A DNA stretch of 24,123 nt, taken from Nitrososphaerota archaeon. Lineage in GTDB: Archaea > Thermoproteota > Nitrososphaeria > Nitrososphaerales > UBA57. The notes beneath the pieces were generated by a model. That model searched no databases, was not told the origin of the DNA, and saw only the letters and a list, made by a program, of their open reading frames with translations. This document shows positions 1-9,146 of the stretch, piece by piece (the stretch's first letter is position 1; each line of letters starts with the position of its first letter). Where the stretch lies: assembly GCA_013378385.1 (NCBI GenBank), contig JACAFS010000011.1:1-24123 (forward strand). Direction: 5' to 3'. A program made the position numbers and the translations under genes.

Positions 1-223
1 AAGCTATAGTAAGTCTGAGTAAAGTAGGGCTACGCGTATTTCTATAGCCTTCTCTTGCGATTCTGAGAACTTTATAGCCAATAAATGAGCCTATAAGATA
101 AAGTAGGCCCTCTATCATCTTATAATCCATAAATAACAACGTTGTTTGAAAATATGATCCAAGCACAATAATTGACAGGTAGAAACAAGTTATAAGGTTA
201 AAAATAGTCCAAATTTGAGACAT
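1..223 (-). CDS. Partial ORF of 74 N-terminal codons that runs off the left edge. Hydrophobic, probably a small membrane protein of unknown function.
   Basis: The reverse strand has an ATG at 223-221 and reads MSQIWTIFNLITCFYLSIIVLGSYFQTTLLFMDYKMIEGLLYLIGSFIGYKVLRIAREGY..., open to the window edge. It has two hydrophobic stretches. It is absent from the ORF track because it is truncated. Confidence 0.35.
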   Translation of the reverse strand, partial: MSQIWTIFNLITCFYLSIIVLGSYFQTTLLFMDYKMIEGLLYLIGSFIGYKVLRIAREGYRNTRSPTLLRLTIA

Positions 224-404
224 GGTAAGAAAATCACAAAGATCAAAAAACGAAGCATAATATCACAATATTAAAATATATAATATTTTATGAGATATTT
301 GCTTCTTTATATAGAACAATAATACTTATGTATGAAGTTTATTTCTACATTATGCTGTGAGACGAAGAAGGGAATACAACTGTTAAGAACTGTAAACATC
401 AGTG

Positions 405-419
405 ATAAATATTTTATAA
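405..419 (+). promoter_or_regulatory. TATA-like box (ATAAATATTTTATAA) about 25 nt upstream of the aSUI1 ATG. This spacing implies a leaderless or very short-leader mRNA.
   Basis: An AT-only TATA-like element is centred about 25 nt before ATG 438, the typical archaeal TATA-to-TSS spacing. A G7 run (425-431) lies between the box and the ATG. Confidence 0.35.
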
Positions 420-437
420 CAACTGGGGGGGAAATCC

Positions 438-743
438 ATGGAAATATGTAATAAATGTGGGCTACCAACGGATCTTTGCGTATGCCAGGAATTAGAAAAA
501 GAAGATTCTAGAATAATAGTAAGGTTAGAAATGAGAAGATTTAGAAAACCAACAACAATAATTGAAGGGCTGGCTTCGAAGAGTACAGATGTTACAGAAA
601 TTGCAAAGAAATTAAAGAATACATTAGCATGTGGAGGTTCTGGAAAAGGCAATTTAGTAATACTTCAAGGGGATCACAGGGATGTATTGAAAGCGCATTT
701 GATAAACTTAGGTTTCAGTGAATCTTCTATAGAGGTACAATAG
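438..743 (+). CDS. sui1: Translation initiation factor aSUI1 (eIF1 homologue)
   Basis: 101 aa. It has an N-terminal Cys cluster (CNKCGLPTDLCVC) followed by the SUI1 core (RIIVRLEMRRFRKPTTIIEGL...LKNTLACGGSGKGNLVILQGDHRD). Confidence 0.9.
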   Translation: MEICNKCGLPTDLCVCQELEKEDSRIIVRLEMRRFRKPTTIIEGLASKSTDVTEIAKKLKNTLACGGSGKGNLVILQGDHRDVLKAHLINLGFSESSIEVQ

Positions 744-749
744 AAGAAG

Positions 750-959
750 ATGTTTGAAAGGATAAAGAAATTAAAAGAAGAATTAAATCAAATCAACAAT
801 CTAAAAACTCGACGTAAAACATTAAGGTCTAAAACAAAGATTTGTCCATCGTGTACAGCAGAATTAGAGCCACTGAATGAACAACTTGAATGGCTAATGC
901 CGCAGAAATATATTTGTAGAAAATGCAATTATTTAGGAACAGCGTACTTTGAGAAATAA
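750..959 (+). CDS. Small zinc-ribbon protein of unknown function
   Basis: 69 aa. A basic helical N-terminus is followed by CPSC...(19 aa)...CRKC. It starts 7 nt after the aSUI1 stop on the same strand. Confidence 0.55.
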   Translation: MFERIKKLKEELNQINNLKTRRKTLRSKTKICPSCTAELEPLNEQLEWLMPQKYICRKCNYLGTAYFEK

Positions 960-989
960 TTTAATATAGGAAATAGACTTAGTAGGAAC

Positions 990-1421
990 ATGGTAAGACC
1001 TACATGGGACAATTACTTTATGGAAATTGCACAACAAGTATCAAAAAGATCAACTTGCGATAGAAAGAGTGTGGGAGCAGTAATAGTTAGAGACAAGGTA
1101 ATACTTTCGACAGGATACAATGGCAGTATAAGGGGAATAAAACATTGTGATGAAATTGGGCATCTTATGGAAAACGATCATTGTGTAAGAACAGTTCATG
1201 CAGAAGTTAATGCGGTAGCTCAGTCAGCCATGAATGGTACGGAGATAAAGAATTCAAGTATTTATCTTACAGCCAGTCCATGTTGGCCATGTTTCAAGGT
1301 AATAGTTAACAGTGGAATAAAAAAGATATATTTTGGAGAATTTTATAAAGATGAAAAAATATTTGAGTTTGCTCAAGAAACAGGTGTGGAATTGGTAGAT
1401 ATGAGCAACAAAGACAGATAA
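990..1421 (+). CDS. CMP/dCMP deaminase family zinc enzyme (deoxycytidylate deaminase-like)
   Basis: 143 aa with the cytidine/deoxycytidylate deaminase zinc motifs HAEVNA and PCWPC at the expected spacing. Confidence 0.85.
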   Translation: MVRPTWDNYFMEIAQQVSKRSTCDRKSVGAVIVRDKVILSTGYNGSIRGIKHCDEIGHLMENDHCVRTVHAEVNAVAQSAMNGTEIKNSSIYLTASPCWPCFKVIVNSGIKKIYFGEFYKDEKIFEFAQETGVELVDMSNKDR

Positions 1422-1424
1422 TAT

Positions 1425-2357
1425 CTATATTTGTAATGCAGATTTTAGACCTTTGTATCGGTTACGAATAGTAACTTCAGTAACTCCAGCAGCTTCTGCC
1501 ACATCTTTCTGAGTCTTACTTTCGCCTTCCATTACACAAGCAACATATAATGCAGCGGCTGCTAGACCCATTGGATCTTTTCCAGCAGAAGTTCTTGTAG
1601 CTTCAGCTTTATGTAGGATTACCAGAGCACTTCTTTTTGTTTTCTCGGATAAACCAGCCTTACTAGCAATTCTTGAAACACATTTAGTAGGATCGACAAC
1701 AGGCATTCTCAAATCCATTTCACGAAGAAGTAATCTATAACAACGTGCTATGTCTTTTTTCTTAATATTACATGCAGCTGCTACATCTTTTAATGTTCTA
1801 GGAGTTTCAGTGTCACGGCATGCAGCATAAAGAGAAGCTGCAATAAGTGCAGAAATAGAACGGCCTCTTACTAGACCTTTTTCAAGGGCTTTTCGATATA
1901 TATAAGCGGCTTTTTCAATGACGGCGTCACTAAGATTTAATTTATCAGCTAATCTATCTAATTCACTAAATGCTTGTCGGAGATTTCTATCTACAGGTTC
2001 ATGGACTTGACTTCGTCCATCCCAGGTACGTAATCTTTCAATTGCAGCTTTCATAGAAGCAGGTAAAGATCTACCTGCAGCGTCACGGTCTTCTGCACCT
2101 ATAACAGTAGCAAGACCCATGTCGTGCATAGCAAGTGAAGATGGAACTCCAGTTCTAGCTCGATCGTCCTTTTCTTCTTTGGAAAATGCCCTCCATTCAG
2201 GACCTTCTTCCTCTATTTTATCTACAATAACATAACCACAGTTACTACAATTCATTTCTCCACCGGATGAATCTACCACAATTGGGCCTTTTCCACAACG
2301 CGTACATCGATCCACAGAGGGACGACTTGGTAACGAACCTAATTTTTCTTTAACCAT
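1425..2357 (-). CDS. tfb: Transcription initiation factor B (TFB, TFIIB homologue)
   Basis: 310 aa. It has an N-terminal zinc ribbon (CTRCG...CSNCG) followed by two cyclin-like repeats. A TATA-like AAATATTAAAA lies about 25-30 nt upstream on the minus strand. Confidence 0.95.
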   Translation of the reverse strand: MVKEKLGSLPSRPSVDRCTRCGKGPIVVDSSGGEMNCSNCGYVIVDKIEEEGPEWRAFSKEEKDDRARTGVPSSLAMHDMGLATVIGAEDRDAAGRSLPASMKAAIERLRTWDGRSQVHEPVDRNLRQAFSELDRLADKLNLSDAVIEKAAYIYRKALEKGLVRGRSISALIAASLYAACRDTETPRTLKDVAAACNIKKKDIARCYRLLLREMDLRMPVVDPTKCVSRIASKAGLSEKTKRSALVILHKAEATRTSAGKDPMGLAAAALYVACVMEGESKTQKDVAEAAGVTEVTIRNRYKGLKSALQI

Positions 2358-2535
2358 TTGAATTTCACATATTTTTACTTTTAATATTTAAGTATTTGTA
2401 TACTTATACTTCCGGTTGTTGTGTTGATGTCATATATAAACTTTAGCATATATGTCTATTATGGCAATGTAACATAATCAATAATATATATTAGAAAAAA
2501 AAGATGTAACGTGATACGTGAATAGTTGAGAGAAA

Positions 2536-3975
2536 TTGGTTAAAATTGGGATAACAGAAAAAAAAGATGAGAATTTTTCAGAGTGGTATACTCAGACTGT
2601 ATTAAAAGCAGAATTAATTGATTATTCACAAGTAAAAGGATTTATAATTTTAAGGGAATATGGTTTTTCAATATGGGAAAATATACAGTCAATTCTAGAT
2701 AAGAAATTTAAAAAAGATGGAACAAAAAATGCGTATTTTCCATTGTTGATTCCAGAATCATTATTAAATAGAGAATCAGAGCATTTCAAAGGTTTTACCC
2801 CAGAAGTTTTTTGGGTAACTAAAACAGGAGACAATGATATAGAAAATAAATTAGCAATAAGACCAACTTCAGAAACAATAGCGTATGAATCATATGCAAA
2901 ATGGATAAAGAGTTGGAGAGATTTACCATTAAAATTGAATTTTTGGAACTCTGTATTAAGAGCAGAAATAAAAGATACAAAGCCATTCATTAGAACGTCT
3001 GAATTTCTATGGCAAGAAGGACATACAGCGCATGAAACTAAAGAAGAAGCAGAAAAACAAGTAAATGTAATGTTGAAATTATACAAAGATTTTGTAAATG
3101 AATATTTAGCTTTACCAATATTAACAGGGAAAAAGAGTGATAAAGAGAAATTTGTCGGAGCAGATTATACATTAACATTAGAAGGAATTATGCCAGACGG
3201 AAAAGCATTACAAATGGGAACATCGCATCAACTAGGACAAAATTTTTCAAAGCCATTTGAAATAAGTTTCTTAGGAAAAGATGAAAAACAGCATTTCGTA
3301 TGGCAAACATCTTGGGGAGTATCTTGGAGATTAATGGGTGCGTTGATAATGATTCACGGGGATGACAAGGGATTAATATTGCCTCCAAAAATAGCTCCGA
3401 TACAGGTAGTTATTATTCCAATTTATTACGACGAGGGTAAGAAAAATGAAATAATCAAAGTAATCGAGAAAATAAAAGAACAATTAGATGAAAAAGGAGT
3501 TAGAAGTTATGTAGACTCAAGTGAACAGCATACGCCAGGCTGGAAATTTAATCAGTGGGAAATGAAGGGAGTCCCTATAAGGGTAGAAATAGGGCCAAAG
3601 GATCTAGATAATGACTCATTAGTGGTAGTAAAAAGAAATTCACGAGATAAGAAGAATATTGCCATCAGCGATAATCCTGCAGATAGCATAATAAAAGAAT
3701 TAGAAGTGATTCAAGAGGAGTTATTCGAGAGTGCAAAAATGAAACATAGTGAGATGATATTCAAGAGCGATGAATACAATGAATTATGTAATAGATTGAC
3801 CAATGATAGAGGTTTTATTAAATCAGCTTGGTGCGGTAGCAGAGAATGTGAAGATAAGATAAAAGATGAAACTGGAGCAGACGTACGACTGATTGAAGAT
3901 GAGGCAATTAGTTCATCGTGCATTGTTTGTGGAAATGATGCAACAAACTCGGTTTATTTTGCAAAATCATATTAG
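2536..3975 (+). CDS. proS: Prolyl-tRNA synthetase, archaeal/eukaryal type (class II)
   Basis: 479 aa. The N-terminus reads ...ENFSEWYTQTVLKAELIDY, class II motifs are present, and a C-terminal Cys cluster (CGSRECE...CIVCG) matches archaeal-type ProRS. TTG at 2536 is the only available start. An in-frame TAG lies just upstream. Confidence 0.93.
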   Translation: MVKIGITEKKDENFSEWYTQTVLKAELIDYSQVKGFIILREYGFSIWENIQSILDKKFKKDGTKNAYFPLLIPESLLNRESEHFKGFTPEVFWVTKTGDNDIENKLAIRPTSETIAYESYAKWIKSWRDLPLKLNFWNSVLRAEIKDTKPFIRTSEFLWQEGHTAHETKEEAEKQVNVMLKLYKDFVNEYLALPILTGKKSDKEKFVGADYTLTLEGIMPDGKALQMGTSHQLGQNFSKPFEISFLGKDEKQHFVWQTSWGVSWRLMGALIMIHGDDKGLILPPKIAPIQVVIIPIYYDEGKKNEIIKVIEKIKEQLDEKGVRSYVDSSEQHTPGWKFNQWEMKGVPIRVEIGPKDLDNDSLVVVKRNSRDKKNIAISDNPADSIIKELEVIQEELFESAKMKHSEMIFKSDEYNELCNRLTNDRGFIKSAWCGSRECEDKIKDETGADVRLIEDEAISSSCIVCGNDATNSVYFAKSY

Positions 3976-4012
3976 ATTAATTATTTATTCTTGTATAACG
4001 TGTAAACAATAG

Positions 4013-4813
4013 ATGGATTTATTTCAGATAATAATTATCAGCGTTGTACAAGGAATAATCGAGTGGTTGCCAATATCAAGCCAGGGAAATATTATTATTT
4101 TGATGTCGGAGATATTCGATTACAATATAGAGAACGCACTTAAATTATCAATAGTTTTACATTTAGGAACTGTAATATCAGCTTGTATATATTTTAGAAA
4201 TGAAATTATTCAGATATTTTCAAATTTTAAGAATTATAAATTTGGATATAATGATGAAATCAATTCATTGACAACATTTATGATTTTATCAACGATATCA
4301 TCAAGTGTAGTGGGTATTATTTTATTTTCTAGTCTTTTAGAGATAGCAGGAAATACATTTTTTACTATAATTATAGGAATAGGATTGATTATAACAGGAA
4401 TAGTACAGAAATCAATCAAGTCGGATTTAAAAAATACAGAGAATCTAAAACACGAGGTGTCGATAATAACAGGAATACTTCAGGGATTCGCAGTAATTCC
4501 AGGAATTTCAAGATCAGGAATAACAACGTCGTATTTGCTATTTAAGAAATTTAGTCCAAGTACGGCATTAAGGTTGTCGTTTATTATGAGCATTCCAGCG
4601 GTGCTATTAGCAAATCTGTACGTAATAGTTTTTGAAGGTATTCAGGATTTACAATATATTGAATTAATTATTGCAATAATGTTTTCATGTATTTCAGGAT
4701 TAATTTCAATAAGTAGTTTCATAAAGATTGCGCAAAGAATTAAATTTTGGATATTTTCTATGATTGTAGGTCTGTTGTTGTTAACGCCTTATCTATTACA
4801 AATAATCAGTTAG
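4013..4813 (+). CDS. uppP: Undecaprenyl-diphosphatase (BacA/UppP family) polytopic membrane protein
   Basis: 266 aa and very hydrophobic. It carries BacA-like motif 1 (VQGIIEWLPISSQGN) and motif 2 (QGFAVIPGISRSGIT). Confidence 0.85.
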   Translation: MDLFQIIIISVVQGIIEWLPISSQGNIIILMSEIFDYNIENALKLSIVLHLGTVISACIYFRNEIIQIFSNFKNYKFGYNDEINSLTTFMILSTISSSVVGIILFSSLLEIAGNTFFTIIIGIGLIITGIVQKSIKSDLKNTENLKHEVSIITGILQGFAVIPGISRSGITTSYLLFKKFSPSTALRLSFIMSIPAVLLANLYVIVFEGIQDLQYIELIIAIMFSCISGLISISSFIKIAQRIKFWIFSMIVGLLLLTPYLLQIIS

Positions 4814-4868
4814 AATGTAATTCAATAATAAAACATAAGATTATAAAGTAATTTTTAAAGTAAATTAT

Positions 4869-5141
4869 ATGAGTGAAGTCCCAGAAACAAAATTCAAAGT
4901 AAAAGTATATGATTATCCAGAGGGCAAGAAACCAAAGAGGGTGCCTAAAGAAGTTACAGAGTCATTAAAAGGAGTAGCAAGTGCAAAAAAGATTGGAAAG
5001 TTAAAAAAACAAGCAGTTCATTGTCCAGTTTTAGATGAAGAAAGAAACTTTGTAGAATGTTTTTCATGCCAATCATTTATCAGAAGAGTTATGGGAGAGG
5101 TAGATTGCGCAGGCGGATCTACAGAGTTACAGGTACAATAA
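4869..5141 (+). CDS. Hypothetical small protein with a Lys-rich N-terminal half and an HC...CxxC...C C-terminal half
   Basis: 90 aa. It has an ATG start and its own intergenic spacer, and the composition looks coding. No family was recognised. Confidence 0.5.
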   Translation: MSEVPETKFKVKVYDYPEGKKPKRVPKEVTESLKGVASAKKIGKLKKQAVHCPVLDEERNFVECFSCQSFIRRVMGEVDCAGGSTELQVQ

Positions 5142-5146
5142 CAAAA

Positions 5147-6265
5147 CTACATACTTTTTGCTTGTTCTAATTTTTCAGGCAAGTATTTATCAACAATAGT
5201 CGTTAATCCGTATTTACTAAAAGCTTCCAATTCACATTTTGCTTTAATTTGCAGAAATACGTCAAGCTCTTTATTCCATACGCCTTTTTGGTATCGAGGG
5301 TCGCGTTTTAATTCAGAAACTCTTTTAAAATCCATTTCAGTCATAGGAATTGTAGGTAATTTATATTTGGCAATATCAGAGGCCCAAATACCTAACCATT
5401 TAGCAGAAGGTACAGTCAAATCACGTAGATGTGCAGCCCCAGCAGAGCCAGAAACAATAACCATTGCAATATGTTCGCCGTAGACGTCACCGTCAGTCAT
5501 AATGTATACAGGAAGATTAAGTTCTTTGTGTAAACGTTTCAGCATATATCGTGTAGTGCGAGGAGCTTGTCCAGCAGTATCGATGATTATAGCTTTGTAT
5601 TTAGAATGAACTTTCTCTTCGATAAATCTGTTGAAGAGGCCTCCTTTTTCTATAGCAATGATCATTTCAGCAGAGGTATCAACAAAATCAGCAGTGCTAA
5701 GACTAGGTCCAATTAGATATCCGTCAGGATGTGAAGAGAGATTTGCTCTATTTCCCTCATAACCAGGAACAGTATATTCAATATCTAGGTCTCCGAATAT
5801 TGCAGAGCGTTCTTCAGGGTAGATATTTAGTCGTTCTCTGGCAGTAGAAATGACAGATTCGAGGTCAGTAATAATTGCGTCAGATTCAGGTTGATCAGTA
5901 TAATCAACCGCATAAGCTTGTGAGGAGTAATAGACGTCTCGAAGTGTAGATGATTTTTTATTAGACATTAATTCGTTGGCAAAAAATGCAAGCCAAGTTA
6001 ATTGAGTGACTGAGCGAATCTGTTTAATATTTGACGCAGTGCGTGTTACTGTATTAGAACCAAGAATATATTGTTTAGTTTTTTTGTCATAGACGATATT
6101 TCTTACCGATCTGCTAGGAAAATGGATTGTAGGAAATCTCTGAGAGTTCAAATCAGAATAAATTTTTTCTCCAAGTTGTTTTAATTGAGATCTAATTTGG
6201 ACTTTCTGTTCTTCTATGTCATTCTGACTTTTGGAGTGTTTGGTTTGTTTTTTAGATTTAGGCAT
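5147..6265 (-). CDS. top6A: DNA topoisomerase VI subunit A (Spo11-like)
   Basis: 372 aa. It has a Toprim acidic motif (MTDGDVYGEHIA) and a 5Y-CAP region. Its start overlaps the top6B stop as TAATG. Confidence 0.95.
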   Translation of the reverse strand: MPKSKKQTKHSKSQNDIEEQKVQIRSQLKQLGEKIYSDLNSQRFPTIHFPSRSVRNIVYDKKTKQYILGSNTVTRTASNIKQIRSVTQLTWLAFFANELMSNKKSSTLRDVYYSSQAYAVDYTDQPESDAIITDLESVISTARERLNIYPEERSAIFGDLDIEYTVPGYEGNRANLSSHPDGYLIGPSLSTADFVDTSAEMIIAIEKGGLFNRFIEEKVHSKYKAIIIDTAGQAPRTTRYMLKRLHKELNLPVYIMTDGDVYGEHIAMVIVSGSAGAAHLRDLTVPSAKWLGIWASDIAKYKLPTIPMTEMDFKRVSELKRDPRYQKGVWNKELDVFLQIKAKCELEAFSKYGLTTIVDKYLPEKLEQAKSM

Positions 6266-7815
6266 TAATTATCGGCCTCTGATTCTTCAAGATATGCTTT
6301 AAGCATGGGCTGGAAATTAGGTAGGTTTTTTTTCCCCGACAAGTCTTTTGAAAATTCGGCAATTAGTGGAAGATACTTGGTATATATATCGCGTCTTCTT
6401 TTTACGGCTTCTTGTGATGATTGACGAGACAAATGTAAACGGAGTTTTCTAAGAACTTCTCGAACAGCATTCTTTAATTCTCTTTCAATTTCGGGTCTAT
6501 CGGCAAGGAATTCTTTTCCAGCGGTTTTGAACGGAACTTTAGTTGAACATACATGAGTAATCAGAGCGAGGGGGGCATTATCAGGAATTTTATATGCACG
6601 TTTCTTATCAATTGCTAAATCTTTTACTACTTGCCAGGCAATATCACTGCCTTCATCGTATAGTAATGGAATACGATTCGCGTAACGGAATAATTTTACG
6701 CCTCCACTGCCAACATTTCCTCCATATGCCAATCCAACTTCTACAATAAATGGAAAACCAGAATATGCAGATGGAGGTCGTATAGCAATAGTAGAGAATT
6801 CAGGAGAAAGTTCACTCATTATACCAGCGTTTAGTATATCTTTGCCAAGAGGGGACAAACAATGAGAATCAGGAGGAAGAAATGATTCATAACTATGCAT
6901 AGCATCTACCATTTTCACGATATTTTCATATGATAAATCTTTAGGACTAGATGTATGATCGATTTTAGCGAATTTAAAAAAGTTTGTAGAAGTAGTAGCG
7001 CCAACACGATGGAAATTGTTTGTAAGTAATTTATGAAGATTTTTATCATCAGTGTCTTCAATAAGTCTTCTCATACCTTCGAAATCAAAACCATGCGGAT
7101 GTGGTTGAGTTTCTTGAGAAGGTTTTGGTAGTGTATTAGTGCTCCTCGGATAATAGAACATTTTACCTTGAGCATCAACAAAAGTTATTTCTGCATAGGG
7201 AGTAACCAATGCAGATTCTAAGAAATAATCATGAACTTTGGTAGATGCACGAAATGCATCTCCTGTAAGTAACAATTCGACAGTAGTGCCAGTAGAACCT
7301 TTGCCTTCGATTATTTCTTTATTTATGATTACAGGTGCATTTTTTTGTATATCTATCCTTAATGTGAACTTGTGGAATTTTTTACCATCTGTTGATGTAT
7401 AAATAACCACGGGTTTGCTAGTAGTGATTTGACCGTATAAAACAGCCATAGTTCCTCCCATACCAAACATACCTCTAGCTTGTCTGAGTTTGTATTTACT
7501 TCCATAGAAAACACGGCCAAATGCATCTGGAGCTTTAACAGGATCAATGCCAGGTCCATTATCACTGACTTTGAGTTTATATGTTCTAGGCTCGGGACTA
7601 TCTAATTGATCAACAACAGGAGTCATTCGAACGTAGATATTAGGAAGGATTTCAGAAGATTCGCATGCATCAAGAGAATTTTCCACTAATTCTCGAGTGG
7701 CAGTATACAAAGCTTTAGCAGGATTACTAAAACCTGCCAAATCTCTATTTCTATAGAAGAATTCACTAGGAGAAATGCCAGAAAAAGTAGTTTTAGTTTT
7801 CGACAACAGGACCAT
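6265..7815 (-). CDS. top6B: DNA topoisomerase VI subunit B (GHKL ATPase)
   Basis: 516 aa with the Bergerat-fold motifs ELVENSLDA, DNGPGI and GMFGMGG. Confidence 0.95.
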   Translation of the reverse strand: MVLLSKTKTTFSGISPSEFFYRNRDLAGFSNPAKALYTATRELVENSLDACESSEILPNIYVRMTPVVDQLDSPEPRTYKLKVSDNGPGIDPVKAPDAFGRVFYGSKYKLRQARGMFGMGGTMAVLYGQITTSKPVVIYTSTDGKKFHKFTLRIDIQKNAPVIINKEIIEGKGSTGTTVELLLTGDAFRASTKVHDYFLESALVTPYAEITFVDAQGKMFYYPRSTNTLPKPSQETQPHPHGFDFEGMRRLIEDTDDKNLHKLLTNNFHRVGATTSTNFFKFAKIDHTSSPKDLSYENIVKMVDAMHSYESFLPPDSHCLSPLGKDILNAGIMSELSPEFSTIAIRPPSAYSGFPFIVEVGLAYGGNVGSGGVKLFRYANRIPLLYDEGSDIAWQVVKDLAIDKKRAYKIPDNAPLALITHVCSTKVPFKTAGKEFLADRPEIERELKNAVREVLRKLRLHLSRQSSQEAVKRRRDIYTKYLPLIAEFSKDLSGKKNLPNFQPMLKAYLEESEADN

Positions 7816-8362
7816 CCTCCCATAATTGTAGTCTGTCTAATTTTGCCTGAGTCCGACTTTTTTGCAGTAAGTCATAGGCAGTTTTATGTTGAGCACCGGA
7901 AATGAGTAAATTAATAGCATTTTCAACTAATTTAATTTGTTCGAATGAACCAATTATTGATATTGAATGTCCATAAACAGAAATATTTGTATTAGAAATT
8001 TCTTCCATAACTTTCCGAGCTTTACCATTTTGACCAATTACACGTGATTTAATTCTAGATATAGAGTGAGATGATTTTTTATAATATTGTGTAAGGTCAA
8101 TTACGGAGAGAAATTTATCTTCGTCAAGTAAATTAGATGCATTAACTTTAGAGAAGCCATGAGCAATAGATCGAATTAAGTCGACGGCAAGAAGTGGATT
8201 AGAAGTCTCGTTGTCAGTAGAAATATGAATTTCGCCACTACGGCTATCTATATCTAGGTTAACATGGCACTTTTCTTCAATCCATAATTTAGTTTTTCCA
8301 GATTTACCTACTACAGAACCAACGCGGTCTATAGGTATTCGAATTGTTTTGTCAAATATCAT
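7793..8362 (-). CDS. KH-domain RNA-binding protein (archaeal Dim2/Pno1-like)
   Basis: 189 aa with two KH-type GxxG segments (VGSVVGKSGKT and VIGQNGKARKV). It sits directly downstream of Rio1, as in the conserved archaeal aIF1A-Rio-KH cluster. Confidence 0.8.
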   Translation of the reverse strand: MIFDKTIRIPIDRVGSVVGKSGKTKLWIEEKCHVNLDIDSRSGEIHISTDNETSNPLLAVDLIRSIAHGFSKVNASNLLDEDKFLSVIDLTQYYKKSSHSISRIKSRVIGQNGKARKVMEEISNTNISVYGHSISIIGSFEQIKLVENAINLLISGAQHKTAYDLLQKSRTQAKLDRLQLWEDGPVVEN

Positions 8363-9143
8363 TTTCAGTTATCTCCAGAAACTTCTTTTCTACATCAAAT
8401 GCAGGGATTCCACGTTTAGAAAAGAATCTATGTAGGTTTTTTAGATCACGTAGTAAGAAATCTTTAGACATAGGATGAGAAACATCTACTGCAGAACCGA
8501 AATCAAATAAAATTAAATCATTGGAATTTTTGAATACGTTATATTCAGACAGATCAGAATGAATAAGATGAGATTTTTGATACAGCATAGTAACTAGGTC
8601 TAGAATTTCAACCAAATCAGGTTCAGATACCTCAGTTTCAGAAAGAGTAGGAAAAGGAGCGCCATCGATTCCTTGGAATTCCATTACGAGAACATTTTGT
8701 TTTACGGCAATGGGTTTAGGAACAGGGATGTTTATAGAATGAGCTTTAGATAGATTTTTAAATTCTTTTCTTGCCCATAATTCAATCAACTTATGCCCAT
8801 TTGTATTAATATTTTTAAAACGATTATCGCCTTGAATGTACTGAAGTCTTTTACGGAATTCAGAAGCAACTGTAAGATAAATTTTAATGGCCACGTCGTT
8901 CCCTTCGGGAGTAACGCCCCAAAATATATTTGATTCTTTTCCAGAATTAACAATACCATTCAGATACGAAAGAGTTCCATTATTAAACATAGAATAAAGA
9001 GTAAGAAGAGTTGGTTTATTGAATACGTCTTGAAAAACCTGAAAATCCTCTGAACGTTTTTTCAATGATCGATTTGCTTTTTCAGAATTATTAATTTTGT
9101 GTAGTGCTTTTTTAATGGCGCGATTGTCTATTTGTGACGACAT
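8352..9143 (-). CDS. rio1: RIO-type serine protein kinase, Rio1-like
   Basis: 263 aa. It has a nucleotide loop (NSGKESNIFWG), a catalytic HSDLSEYN and a metal-binding DFGSAV. There is no N-terminal wHTH, so it is Rio1-like rather than Rio2-like. Confidence 0.9.
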   Translation of the reverse strand: MSSQIDNRAIKKALHKINNSEKANRSLKKRSEDFQVFQDVFNKPTLLTLYSMFNNGTLSYLNGIVNSGKESNIFWGVTPEGNDVAIKIYLTVASEFRKRLQYIQGDNRFKNINTNGHKLIELWARKEFKNLSKAHSINIPVPKPIAVKQNVLVMEFQGIDGAPFPTLSETEVSEPDLVEILDLVTMLYQKSHLIHSDLSEYNVFKNSNDLILFDFGSAVDVSHPMSKDFLLRDLKNLHRFFSKRGIPAFDVEKKFLEITENDI

Positions 9144-9146
9144 ACG

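Noticed and set aside
330-420. Possible C/D-box sRNA (ATGAAG...CTGTGAGA...GTGATAA), and a similar idea at 2420-2470 (TTGATGT)
   Set aside because: There is no canonical RUGAUGA/CUGA box pair at the right spacing on either strand, and no terminal stem.
383-652. 89-aa minus-strand ORF overlapping the aSUI1 gene
   Set aside because: It is antisense to a clearly homologous gene. The sequence is low-complexity and hydrophobic, there is no promoter context, and it looks like a typical shadow ORF.
2431-2454. CATATAT-N10-ATATATG inverted repeat in the TFB/proS divergent region
   Set aside because: The arms are AT-only and are themselves TATA-like, so this is expected by chance in such a region. Better-placed TATA boxes exist for both genes. 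It is not strong enough to call as an operator.
2622-3086. 154-aa minus-strand ORF, plus 3188-3388 and 3711-3923, all inside proS
   Set aside because: All three are antisense shadows of a well-supported ProRS gene, and none has a recognisable motif.
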